The translations under genes were made by a program, and so were the position numbers. From the NCBI GenBank assembly GCA_964574655.1, contig CAZNOH010000001.1, positions 137,852 through 201,851 on the forward strand: a stretch of 64,000 bases of DNA, in the 5' to 3' direction. Below the pieces are notes generated by a model. It did not search any database, was not told where the DNA came from, and saw only the letters and a list, made by a program, of their open reading frames with translations. Of this stretch, positions 35,825-43,628 are shown piece by piece; position 1 is the first letter of the stretch; every line of letters begins with the position of its first letter. The DNA is from an uncultured Candidatus Saccharibacteria bacterium (lineage in GTDB: Bacteria; Patescibacteriota; JABMPQ01; JAQVVF01).

Positions 35825-35850
35825 AAAAAACCTCGGATGAGGTTGTTAGA
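35825..35850. terminator. Bidirectional intrinsic terminator (AAAAAAACCTC-ggat-GAGGTT) between glmS and the minus-strand gene at 35846.
   Basis: 5-6-bp GC stem with an A-run upstream, so it reads as a T-run on the minus strand. Confidence 0.5.
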
Positions 35851-36343
35851 AGGAACGTTTTAATATTTCTCTTCTGAGAATGTTTGCTAGTCTGTCATAA
35901 TGTCGAAATTTGGCTAGCACTTCTGCATGTTGTTTTACTTTTTGAAAAAGATGCGTGTATGTTCTTGTTTCTATTGTATATGTTACATCGAGAACATTTT
36001 GCAAACTTCTTGGAATTATCATCTGGAATTCTTCGGGTCTATCTTTAGAGAGCATTTCAAGGAGTTTATTTTTGTCATGATCATAGTCTGTTTGACGAAT
36101 TAAAGCCTGGCATTGTTCGAGAATTTCAAGGCTTTGTTGGTTGATTGCTCGGCCTTTTAAGAAAAGTTCGTTTAGTAATGCTTTGATTATTTCGTTAGTA
36201 ACAGGATTAATTTTAGGTAATTGGTATTTAAGGTATTTAGCAATTCTTTTGACAACGAATTCCGGAATTCTTTCTATGAAAATGAGCAAGAATGCGAGAC
36301 CAACAAGACATCCAATTAGAAATCCGATGATGATGTCTTTCAT
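35846..36343 (-). CDS. Hypothetical membrane-anchored protein (N-terminal transmembrane helix, 165 aa).
   Basis: ORF with a hydrophobic N-terminus. Confidence 0.4.
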   Translation of the reverse strand: MKDIIIGFLIGCLVGLAFLLIFIERIPEFVVKRIAKYLKYQLPKINPVTNEIIKALLNELFLKGRAINQQSLEILEQCQALIRQTDYDHDKNKLLEMLSKDRPEEFQMIIPRSLQNVLDVTYTIETRTYTHLFQKVKQHAEVLAKFRHYDRLANILRREILKRSF

Positions 36344-36391
36344 CTTTACTTTCCCTCCGTTTTTGACATATCATACTAATATATATTATTT

Positions 36392-37372
36392 ATGCAAAAG
36401 GTCAAGAAAATTGTTTATATTGGTGGTGGTACTGGAGCAAGTGTTGTTTTGGGTGGTTTAAATAAATCTAATAATGTTCAGTTGACTGGTATTTATCCAA
36501 TTACCGATAATGGCGGGTCAACTGGCAGATTGTTGAGAGAAAACAAAGATTTATTGCCAATGGGTGATTTGAGAAAAATGTTGTTAGCTTTAATGCCTGA
36601 AAACAAAACGTGGCAGGACATATTGGATTTTCGTTTTGAAGAAAGAGAATTTAAAGGTCATAATTTGGGAAATATTATCATTGCGAATTTGCAGGAGAAA
36701 CATAACGATATCGAAATAGCAATTGAGGAGCTGAAGAAAGAGTTAAAAATTAAAGCTGATATATTTCCAGTTGCTTTGAAAAAAGCTGATTTGTGTGTTG
36801 AATTTGAAAATGGTCAAGTTATAAAGTCAGAAACTTTAATTGATGAAGCTGTTGGATTTGACGGCAAGTCAAAGATTAAAAAAGCTTGGATTGAGCCAAA
36901 AATCAAGGTTAATCCAAAGGTTGTTACTGCTATTAAAGAGGCTGATTTAATTGTAATTGGACCTGGAGATTTGTATACTTCTATTGTAGCATGTTTATGT
37001 GTACCTGGAGTTGCCAATGCTTTGAAGTCAAGCAAGGCTAAAAAAGTATATGTTTGTAATTTGATGACGAAGTTTGGACAGACGAACAATTTTAGTGTTC
37101 AGGAACATGTTGACATTGTTCAAAAATATTCTGGTTCAAAAATTGATTTTGTGTTATATAATAATGTGAGACCTGATGAAAAAGTTCTGGCTGAATATCA
37201 AAAAAGAAAGGAAAGTTATGTTGAATACTTATCTAGTGAATCAAAGCTTGGATTTATTAGTGCAGATTTATTAGGCAAGCTTAAAAAAAAGAAGAAAGGC
37301 GATGTGTTGAAGCGAAGTTTGATTCATCATGATCCAGAAAAATTGGCTAAGATATTGTTAAAATTATGTTAA
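36392..37372 (+). CDS. yvcK: YvcK/CofD-family protein (UPF0052 gluconeogenesis-factor-like).
   Basis: IVYIGGGTGASVVLGGL...ITDNGGSTGRL...PMGDLRKMLLAL. Confidence 0.8.
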   Translation: MQKVKKIVYIGGGTGASVVLGGLNKSNNVQLTGIYPITDNGGSTGRLLRENKDLLPMGDLRKMLLALMPENKTWQDILDFRFEEREFKGHNLGNIIIANLQEKHNDIEIAIEELKKELKIKADIFPVALKKADLCVEFENGQVIKSETLIDEAVGFDGKSKIKKAWIEPKIKVNPKVVTAIKEADLIVIGPGDLYTSIVACLCVPGVANALKSSKAKKVYVCNLMTKFGQTNNFSVQEHVDIVQKYSGSKIDFVLYNNVRPDEKVLAEYQKRKESYVEYLSSESKLGFISADLLGKLKKKKKGDVLKRSLIHHDPEKLAKILLKLC

Positions 37373-38019
37373 AAAAAGATAAATTAGTAATATTAGACTT
37401 TGATCATACAATATTCAATACTGAGCTCTTCAAGAGGTATTTGAAGACTATTTTTATGCGTTATAATGTTTCTTCTGAAAGATATGAACAAACTTATAAT
37501 TATATTAAAAAAAAATTAAAGAGGCCTTATGATCCGGCTCTGCATTTGAGACTTTTGGAAGGCGAAATAACGGATATACAGAGCCTAATGACCGAAGTGA
37601 ATGGTCTTGTTTCTAATTCAAAAACTTATTTATATGATGATGTTATTTCTTTTTTGGAAAGTATCAAAGACGAAAGTGAATTATTTTTAGTTTCTTTAGG
37701 AACAAAAAGATTTCAGGAGGCAAAGATTAATAGTTGCCAGATAAATGGTTTTTTTTCAAAAATTATTGTAACTGAAGGAGATGGCAGTTTTATGAAAGAT
37801 GTTTTGAAAGATGTAATTAATGAGCATCGAGATAAAAAAATTGCAATCATAGAAGATGTGCCTGACAATATCGATTACATAAAACGAGGTTTTCCGTATA
37901 TTGTAGCTATCAAGATTGAGAGGCCAGGAGGCAAGTATTCGGAAGAAAAAGCAGAATTAAATAATTTTACGGTAAAAGGTCTTTATCAAGCAACGAATAT
38001 TGTAAAATGTATATTATAA
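37366..38019 (+). CDS. HAD-superfamily hydrolase (DxDxT motif ILDFDHT).
   Basis: Motif I is present; 7-nt overlap with yvcK. Confidence 0.65.
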   Translation: MLKKDKLVILDFDHTIFNTELFKRYLKTIFMRYNVSSERYEQTYNYIKKKLKRPYDPALHLRLLEGEITDIQSLMTEVNGLVSNSKTYLYDDVISFLESIKDESELFLVSLGTKRFQEAKINSCQINGFFSKIIVTEGDGSFMKDVLKDVINEHRDKKIAIIEDVPDNIDYIKRGFPYIVAIKIERPGGKYSEEKAELNNFTVKGLYQATNIVKCIL

Positions 38020-38044
38020 ATAACCACCAAAGGAGGAAGAAAAG

Positions 38045-38608
38045 ATGGCAGTATTAAAAGTTATTATTGAGGGATGCAACCAATCTGGAAAATCGAGCGT
38101 TGTCCAGGAATTAGAAAAAATGTATACGGAATCTATTGTTACAGTTATTCATGGTTATTATCATCCTGCTGTTGTCGAACATTTTGGATCAGATCTTAAA
38201 GCTATGGCAGAATATGGACGAAAGAGGCTTTTTTCTTTTTTGCCAGTATTCAGAGATGTAAAGTTTGAAGAAGTGCTGTTTTTGCGCCTTCATCTGACTG
38301 ATATGGTTTACTTAAAACTATTTCATGAAGTTGAGGCTGATTATCCTGATTTGGAAAAAGACCTTGATGAACAAGGAGTTGCTTTAGTGCTATTGGATTT
38401 GAATGATGAAGAGCTAGAAAAGAGAATGTCAAAGAGATTAGCAGAAGGAAAAACCGGAAGCTGGGACAAAGATATGGAAAGCGTAAAGAGCAAGAGGGAT
38501 GCTTATCGCTGGGCTTTTGAAAAAAGCAGAATGAAAAGGAAATTGTTACTTGATACATCTGGCAAATCTGCAGAACAGAATGCACAAGCCATCCTTGAAT
38601 GGTTTTGA
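38045..38608 (+). CDS. P-loop nucleoside/nucleotide-kinase-like protein (Walker A IIEGCNQSGKSS, dNK-like), preceded by the Shine-Dalgarno sequence AAAGGAGGAAG.
   Basis: Walker A only; the family call is tentative. Confidence 0.4.
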   Translation: MAVLKVIIEGCNQSGKSSVVQELEKMYTESIVTVIHGYYHPAVVEHFGSDLKAMAEYGRKRLFSFLPVFRDVKFEEVLFLRLHLTDMVYLKLFHEVEADYPDLEKDLDEQGVALVLLDLNDEELEKRMSKRLAEGKTGSWDKDMESVKSKRDAYRWAFEKSRMKRKLLLDTSGKSAEQNAQAILEWF

Positions 38609-38662
38609 ACTTTGAGTTAGAATTAAAGTGAACTAGTTTCACTTTTTATTTTATCTAAATTT

Positions 38663-39394
38663 ATGAAAAATACTATTTCTGTAATTTTGGCAGCAGGAAA
38701 AGGGACGAGATTAAATTGCATTGATATGCCAAAAGTAATGTTAAAAATTGGCGATAAGCCAATGATTGAATATTCTGTTAAAACAATGGAAGATTTTGGC
38801 GTGAAAAAAATTATTGTGGTGACAGGTTTTAAAGGAGAATTGATCAAAAATTATTTAAAAAATAGAGTAGAATATGTTGATCAAAAACAGCAATTGGGAA
38901 CTGGCCATGCTGTAAAAGTGGCTAAAGATTTGATTAAAGAATTTGATGGTTATGTTTTGATTACTTATGGTGATATGCCTTTTTTAATAAAAGAAATGTT
39001 TTCTTCTTTGATTAATAAATGCGAACAAAATAATTTAGACGGTTGTATCTTGACGGTTGACATTAAAAAAAATCCGCCTGAATGGGGACGGATAATTAGA
39101 GATGAAAATATGAACGTTTTAAAGATTGTTGAACAGAAGGATGCAACAGAAGAACAATTGAAGATTACTGAAATGAATACAGGAGTTTATTGTTTTAAAG
39201 CAAAAGCTTTGTTAGATAATTTAGATTTAATTACGAATAAAAATGTTCAGCATGAATATTATCTGACTGATCTAGTTGAAATTATGAATAAAAAAGGATT
39301 AAAATTAGATACTGTTATCACAACTGATTTGGAAAATGTTCTTGGAATAAATAGGCCAGAAGAATTGGAAAAAGCAAAACAAATGATTAAATAA
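38663..39394 (+). CDS. Sugar-1-phosphate nucleotidyltransferase corresponding to the GlmU N-terminal (UDP-GlcNAc pyrophosphorylase) domain only; no acetyltransferase LbH domain.
   Basis: LAAGKGTRL ... QLGTGHAV ... YGDMPF; 243 aa. Confidence 0.75.
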   Translation: MKNTISVILAAGKGTRLNCIDMPKVMLKIGDKPMIEYSVKTMEDFGVKKIIVVTGFKGELIKNYLKNRVEYVDQKQQLGTGHAVKVAKDLIKEFDGYVLITYGDMPFLIKEMFSSLINKCEQNNLDGCILTVDIKKNPPEWGRIIRDENMNVLKIVEQKDATEEQLKITEMNTGVYCFKAKALLDNLDLITNKNVQHEYYLTDLVEIMNKKGLKLDTVITTDLENVLGINRPEELEKAKQMIK

Positions 39395-39410
39395 ATTTTG
39401 AATTTTAAAA

Positions 39411-39438
39411 ACAGCCCTCCGAAACGCTGTTTTTTTAT
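39411..39438. terminator. Bidirectional intrinsic terminator (AACAGC-cctccgaaac-GCTGTT + T7, with an A-run on the other side).
   Basis: I read it directly. Confidence 0.55.
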
Positions 39439-39444
39439 AAGCGA

Positions 39445-39609
39445 TTATTTTTTACCACAAAGCTTACAGCATTTGTAGCCTTTTTTTTGTGCAATCTTGC
39501 AGGATGAAAAATTCTCGCGGTTGCTTTTCTTGATGTTCTTCAAGGAACCGCATCCTGATACGTGGCACATTTTTGTTTCTTTGTTGCCAACAAATTTTGC
39601 TTTTGCCAT
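39445..39609 (-). CDS. Unannotated small Cys-rich (zinc-ribbon-like) basic protein, 54 aa: MAKAKFVGNKETKMCHVSGCGSLKNIKKSNRENFSSCKIAQKKGYKCCKLCGKK.
   Basis: I translated the minus strand by hand; it is below the ORF-track cutoff. It sits between bidirectional terminators and could be a ribosomal-protein-like Zn-ribbon protein, but I could not identify it. Confidence 0.35.
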   Translation of the reverse strand: MAKAKFVGNKETKMCHVSGCGSLKNIKKSNRENFSSCKIAQKKGYKCCKLCGKK

Positions 39610-39730
39610 TTATTTTGGATTATTTATTAATCTTAATTATATTCTAGCAAGATAATAAAACTTTGCAATAAATTTTGGCTATGATAAGATAAATTAACGA
39701 ATTGCTTCATTGTTCAATTGCTAAATTGTT

Positions 39731-40315
39731 ATGAAAATAATAAAGCTAGAAGAAATAAAAATTGAAGAAATTATAAAATATTTGAAAGATGATAAGGTTA
39801 TTGTTGCGCCAACAGAAACTGCATATGGAATGCTGGCTAATGCTTTGAGTTTCGATGCTGTTAAAAAAGTTTTTGAGATCAAACAGCGTGATGTCAGTAA
39901 AGAGTTATCTGTTTTTATGAAAGATTTGGAAATGGCAAAAGAATATGTTGAAATTAATAGTAGTGTAATAGAATTAGCAAAAAAATATTTGCCTGGACCA
40001 TTAACTTTAGTTCTAAAAATTAATAAAAGCATTCCTTATGTAAAAAATACATTAGGAATTAGAATCTCAAGCTATGATCTAATAAAAAAGATAATGGAAA
40101 AAGCAGATTTTCTAGTAACTTCAACGAGTGCAAATTTGGCAGGCGAGAAAACTTGTTATTCTGTTGAAGACATTAAGAAACAGTTTGAAAATAGAGAAAA
40201 TCAGCCTGATTTAGTTATTGATGGCGGAAATCTTGCTAAGGGACATATTTCGACGGTTGTCGATTTAACTGAGAATAAAATTAAAGTGTTGAGACAAGGT
40301 GATATTAAAATTTAA
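39731..40315 (+). CDS. tsaC: L-threonylcarbamoyladenylate synthase (YrdC/TsaC family).
   Basis: VIVAPTETAYGMLANALSFDAVKKVFEIKQR YrdC fold motifs. Confidence 0.8.
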   Translation: MKIIKLEEIKIEEIIKYLKDDKVIVAPTETAYGMLANALSFDAVKKVFEIKQRDVSKELSVFMKDLEMAKEYVEINSSVIELAKKYLPGPLTLVLKINKSIPYVKNTLGIRISSYDLIKKIMEKADFLVTSTSANLAGEKTCYSVEDIKKQFENRENQPDLVIDGGNLAKGHISTVVDLTENKIKVLRQGDIKI

Positions 40316-40324
40316 GAATTTTTT

Positions 40325-41560
40325 ATGCTAGAAAAAAGTGATTCAAAGATTTATAAATTAATACAACAAGAAGAAAAAAGACAAGCTGAAAGTATTAGAC
40401 TAATCCCTTCTGAAAATTATGTTTCTAAGGCAGTTTTAGAAGCAACTGGCTCTATTTTGACGAATAAGTATTCTGAAGGCTATTCTAGAAAAAGATATTA
40501 TGAAGGACAAGAGTTTATTGATCAAATTGAAGAGGAAGCAATTGACCGAGCAAAAAAGTTGTTCAGGGCAGATCATGTTAATGTTCAGCCATATTCTGGA
40601 TCTCCAGCAAATTTAGCAGTCTATTTTGCATTATTAAAACCAGGTGAAAAGATTATGGGAATGAGTTTACCGCATGGCGGACATTTGACTCATGGCTGGA
40701 AAGTTTCAGCAACGGCTAAGTTTTTCAATGCAGTTCAGTATACTGTTGATGAGAAAACAAAGCTTTTAGATTATGATGCAATTTTGGCACAAGCCAAAAA
40801 GGAAAAACCGCAAATCATTGTTGCTGGTGCAACTGCTTATCCTCGTAAAATTGATTTTAGAAAGTTCAAAGAGATTGCTGATTCAGTCAATGCTTTATTT
40901 TTGGCTGATATTGCCCATATTTCAGGATTAGTTGTTGCTGGTTTACATCAAAGTCCAATTTTATATGCTGATGTTGTAACAACTACTACTCATAAATCTT
41001 TACGAGGACCAAGAGGGGCAATGATTATGTGCAAAGAGAAATATGCAAAATTAATTGATAAGGCTGTGTTTCCTGGTCTTCAAGGCGGACCGCATGATAA
41101 TACAACAGCGGCAATTGCGGTTGCGTTGAAAGAAGCTGATACTTCAAAATTCAAAAATTATGCTAAACAGATCATCAAGAATGCCCAAGTTTTGGCAAAA
41201 GAATTATCAAGTTATAATTTTGATTTAGTAACTGGCGGAACAGATAATCATTTAATTTTGATTGATATGACTAATAAAAAAATATCTGGTAAGCAAATGT
41301 CAGCTGCTTTAATTAAGGCTGGAATTGAGTGTAATGCTAATACAGTGCCTTATGACAAGCGCTCGCCTTTTGATCCATCTGGAATTAGAATCGGAACTCC
41401 GGCTGTAACTTCATTAGGAATGAAAGAAAAAGAAATGAAACAAATTGCTGCTTGGATGAATAAGGTTAGCGAAAATATTGATAATGAAACAGTTTTGAAG
41501 AAAATTAAGTATGAAGTTAAAAAGTTGTGTGGTAAATTTGAGATGCCAGGATTGAAATAG
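40325..41560 (+). CDS. glyA: Serine hydroxymethyltransferase.
   Basis: LIPSENYVS ... TTTTHKSLRGPRGAMI (PLP lysine). Confidence 0.9.
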   Translation: MLEKSDSKIYKLIQQEEKRQAESIRLIPSENYVSKAVLEATGSILTNKYSEGYSRKRYYEGQEFIDQIEEEAIDRAKKLFRADHVNVQPYSGSPANLAVYFALLKPGEKIMGMSLPHGGHLTHGWKVSATAKFFNAVQYTVDEKTKLLDYDAILAQAKKEKPQIIVAGATAYPRKIDFRKFKEIADSVNALFLADIAHISGLVVAGLHQSPILYADVVTTTTHKSLRGPRGAMIMCKEKYAKLIDKAVFPGLQGGPHDNTTAAIAVALKEADTSKFKNYAKQIIKNAQVLAKELSSYNFDLVTGGTDNHLILIDMTNKKISGKQMSAALIKAGIECNANTVPYDKRSPFDPSGIRIGTPAVTSLGMKEKEMKQIAAWMNKVSENIDNETVLKKIKYEVKKLCGKFEMPGLK

Positions 41561-41620
41561 ATATTCGGAAATTAAGATATTAAATATTATCCACCTTCGC
41601 TAAAGCTTCGGTGGACAAAG

Positions 41621-41650
41621 AAAAACGGCTCGATGAGTCGTTTTGTTATT
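41621..41650 (+). terminator. glyA intrinsic terminator (AAAAACGGCTC-gat-GAGTCGTTTTGTT), preceded by the hairpin element at 41591-41620.
   Basis: 7-bp stem with one G-U pair, followed by a T-run. Confidence 0.6.
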
Positions 41651-41747
41651 TTAGATTTAAGTTAGAATATAATGCCGAAGGAGGGAGTCGCCCTGCCATG
41701 AAGGCAGGGTTGCTCATTTCGTTCGCAAAACCTAATTTTTTTGATCA

Positions 41748-41830
41748 TGCCGCGGGAGGGAGTTGAACCCTCATGAGCCGAAGCTCACACGATTTTGAGT
41801 CGTGATTGTATGCCATTCCAACACCGCGGC
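41748..41830 (-). tRNA. tRNA-Leu (anticodon CAA), class II with a long variable arm (TGAGC-TTCG-GCTCA); no encoded CCA.
   Basis: I folded it by hand. The acceptor is GCCGCGG/CCGCGGC + A, the D-arm is TTG...CAA, the anticodon stem is CACGA/TCGTG with loop CTCAAAA, and the T-arm is GAGGG-TTCAACT-CCCTC. Confidence 0.8.
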
Positions 41831-41905
41831 TTACTTTAAGTCAATTTTAGCTTGATTTTACGTTGTTGTCAATTTGAATTAAATATAGTATGATAAAATA
41901 AAAGT

Positions 41906-42718
41906 ATGCCAAATATAATATCAATTGTAAATCAAAAAGGCGGAACAGGAAAAACAACCACAACAATAAATTTTGCGGCGGCTTTGGCTGAATTAGGAAA
42001 AAAAGTACTAATTGTTGACTTTGATCCACAAGGGAATGCAAGTTCAGGAGTTGGAGTTTTGGTAAATGAGGAAACAAAGGGAATCTATGAAGTGTTGACT
42101 GATAAAGCAGAAATTCAGGATGTGATTATGGAATCAGTAGTAAAAAATCTTTTTGTTTTGCCAACTAACCAATCTTTAGCTGGAGCAACAATTGAATTAG
42201 TTAATATGGAAGATAGAGAATACAGATTAAAAAAAGCTTTAGAAAAACTAGATGATTTTGATTTTGTATTGATTGATTGTCCGCCTTCTTTAGGTTTGTT
42301 AACTATTAACAGCTTGGTTGCTTCTAATTATGTTTTAATTCCAGTACAATGTGAATATTATGCTTTGGAGGGTTTAGGGCAATTGCTAAAGACAATCCAA
42401 TTAATAAAAGACAATTTACAGCCTAATTTGGAAATATTAGGAGTATTATTAACAATGCATGATCGGAGAATTAACTTGTCTGAAGAGGTTGTATCTGAAG
42501 TTAGAACAAAATTTCCATTCAGAGTATTTGAATCAATTATACCTCGCAATGTTAGATTGGCTGAAGCTCCAAGTTTTGGAAAATCAATTTTACAATACGC
42601 TTCTTGGTCAAAAGGTGCTCGAGCTTATCGAAGTTTAGGCAAAGAAGCATTGGACGTTATTAATAAAATAAATTTAGAAAATTCACAACAAAAAGTAAAA
42701 ACTATTTATGCTAAATAA
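41906..42718 (+). CDS. parA: Chromosome partitioning ATPase ParA/Soj.
   Basis: IVNQKGGTGKTTTTINFAAALAELGKKVLIVDFDPQGN. Confidence 0.85.
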   Translation: MPNIISIVNQKGGTGKTTTTINFAAALAELGKKVLIVDFDPQGNASSGVGVLVNEETKGIYEVLTDKAEIQDVIMESVVKNLFVLPTNQSLAGATIELVNMEDREYRLKKALEKLDDFDFVLIDCPPSLGLLTINSLVASNYVLIPVQCEYYALEGLGQLLKTIQLIKDNLQPNLEILGVLLTMHDRRINLSEEVVSEVRTKFPFRVFESIIPRNVRLAEAPSFGKSILQYASWSKGARAYRSLGKEALDVINKINLENSQQKVKTIYAK

Positions 42719-43628
42719 GAGTTTGGGTAGAGGATTGGAATCATTAATTCCATTAAAAAAAAATCAATTTATAAAGAGCAATCAAAAAAAAGATGCTAGC
42801 GAGAAAACAAGCGAACGCTTGAAAAAGTTTTCTCCAGCAATGAGCGAGTCTGTTTTATTGGTTGATACAAAATTTATTGAGCCAAATCCGCATCAGCCGA
42901 GAAAAGATTTTGACCAACATCAATTAAAAGATTTGGCGGATTCTATAAAAATTCATGGAATTTTACAGCCTTTGATTGCAACAAAAGTTTTTGATAATCA
43001 ATATCAGCTTTTAGCAGGAGAGCGAAGGTTGCAAGCCTCAAAAATAGCTGGTTTGAAAAAAGTTCCGGTGATTGTTAGAGAAGTTACTGAGCAACAAAAA
43101 TTAGAGTTGGCTTTAGTTGAAAATGTTCAAAGGCAGGACTTGAATCCGATGGAAGAGGCTTTAGCATATAGCAGCTTGATTGATGAATTTAATTTGAAAC
43201 AAGAAGAAGTAGCAAAAAAAGTTGCCAAAAGCCGTGTTTTTGTGACTAATACTTTGAGATTGTTGACTTTGCCAGAAGAAATTCAAAAAGCAATTTTTGA
43301 TAAAAGAATTAGTTTTGGTCACGCAAAAGCGATTTTGGGTTTAAAAAGCGAAGAAGAACAATTGAAATTGTTTAAGAGTATTTTGTTAAATAATCTATCA
43401 GTTCGAGCTTCGGAAAGTGGAGCAAAGAATGTAAAGGTAAAAAAGCATTTGAGATCTTTTAATCAAAAAACTCCTCTAATACAAGATTATGAGGAGCGTT
43501 TAGCTCAATCTTTAGGTACAAAAGTAGAAATAAAGAAGACTGGAAAGTCTGGAAAAGTAATTGTTGATTTTTTTTCTGATGAAGAGTTGGGAAACATTAT
43601 GGAAGTAATTTCTGGCAAGAATTATTAG
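42708..43628 (+). CDS. parB: Chromosome partitioning protein ParB/Spo0J.
   Basis: ParB box GERRLQAS, HTH and C-terminal dimerisation domain; overlaps parA by 11 nt. Confidence 0.85.
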   Translation: MLNKSLGRGLESLIPLKKNQFIKSNQKKDASEKTSERLKKFSPAMSESVLLVDTKFIEPNPHQPRKDFDQHQLKDLADSIKIHGILQPLIATKVFDNQYQLLAGERRLQASKIAGLKKVPVIVREVTEQQKLELALVENVQRQDLNPMEEALAYSSLIDEFNLKQEEVAKKVAKSRVFVTNTLRLLTLPEEIQKAIFDKRISFGHAKAILGLKSEEEQLKLFKSILLNNLSVRASESGAKNVKVKKHLRSFNQKTPLIQDYEERLAQSLGTKVEIKKTGKSGKVIVDFFSDEELGNIMEVISGKNY

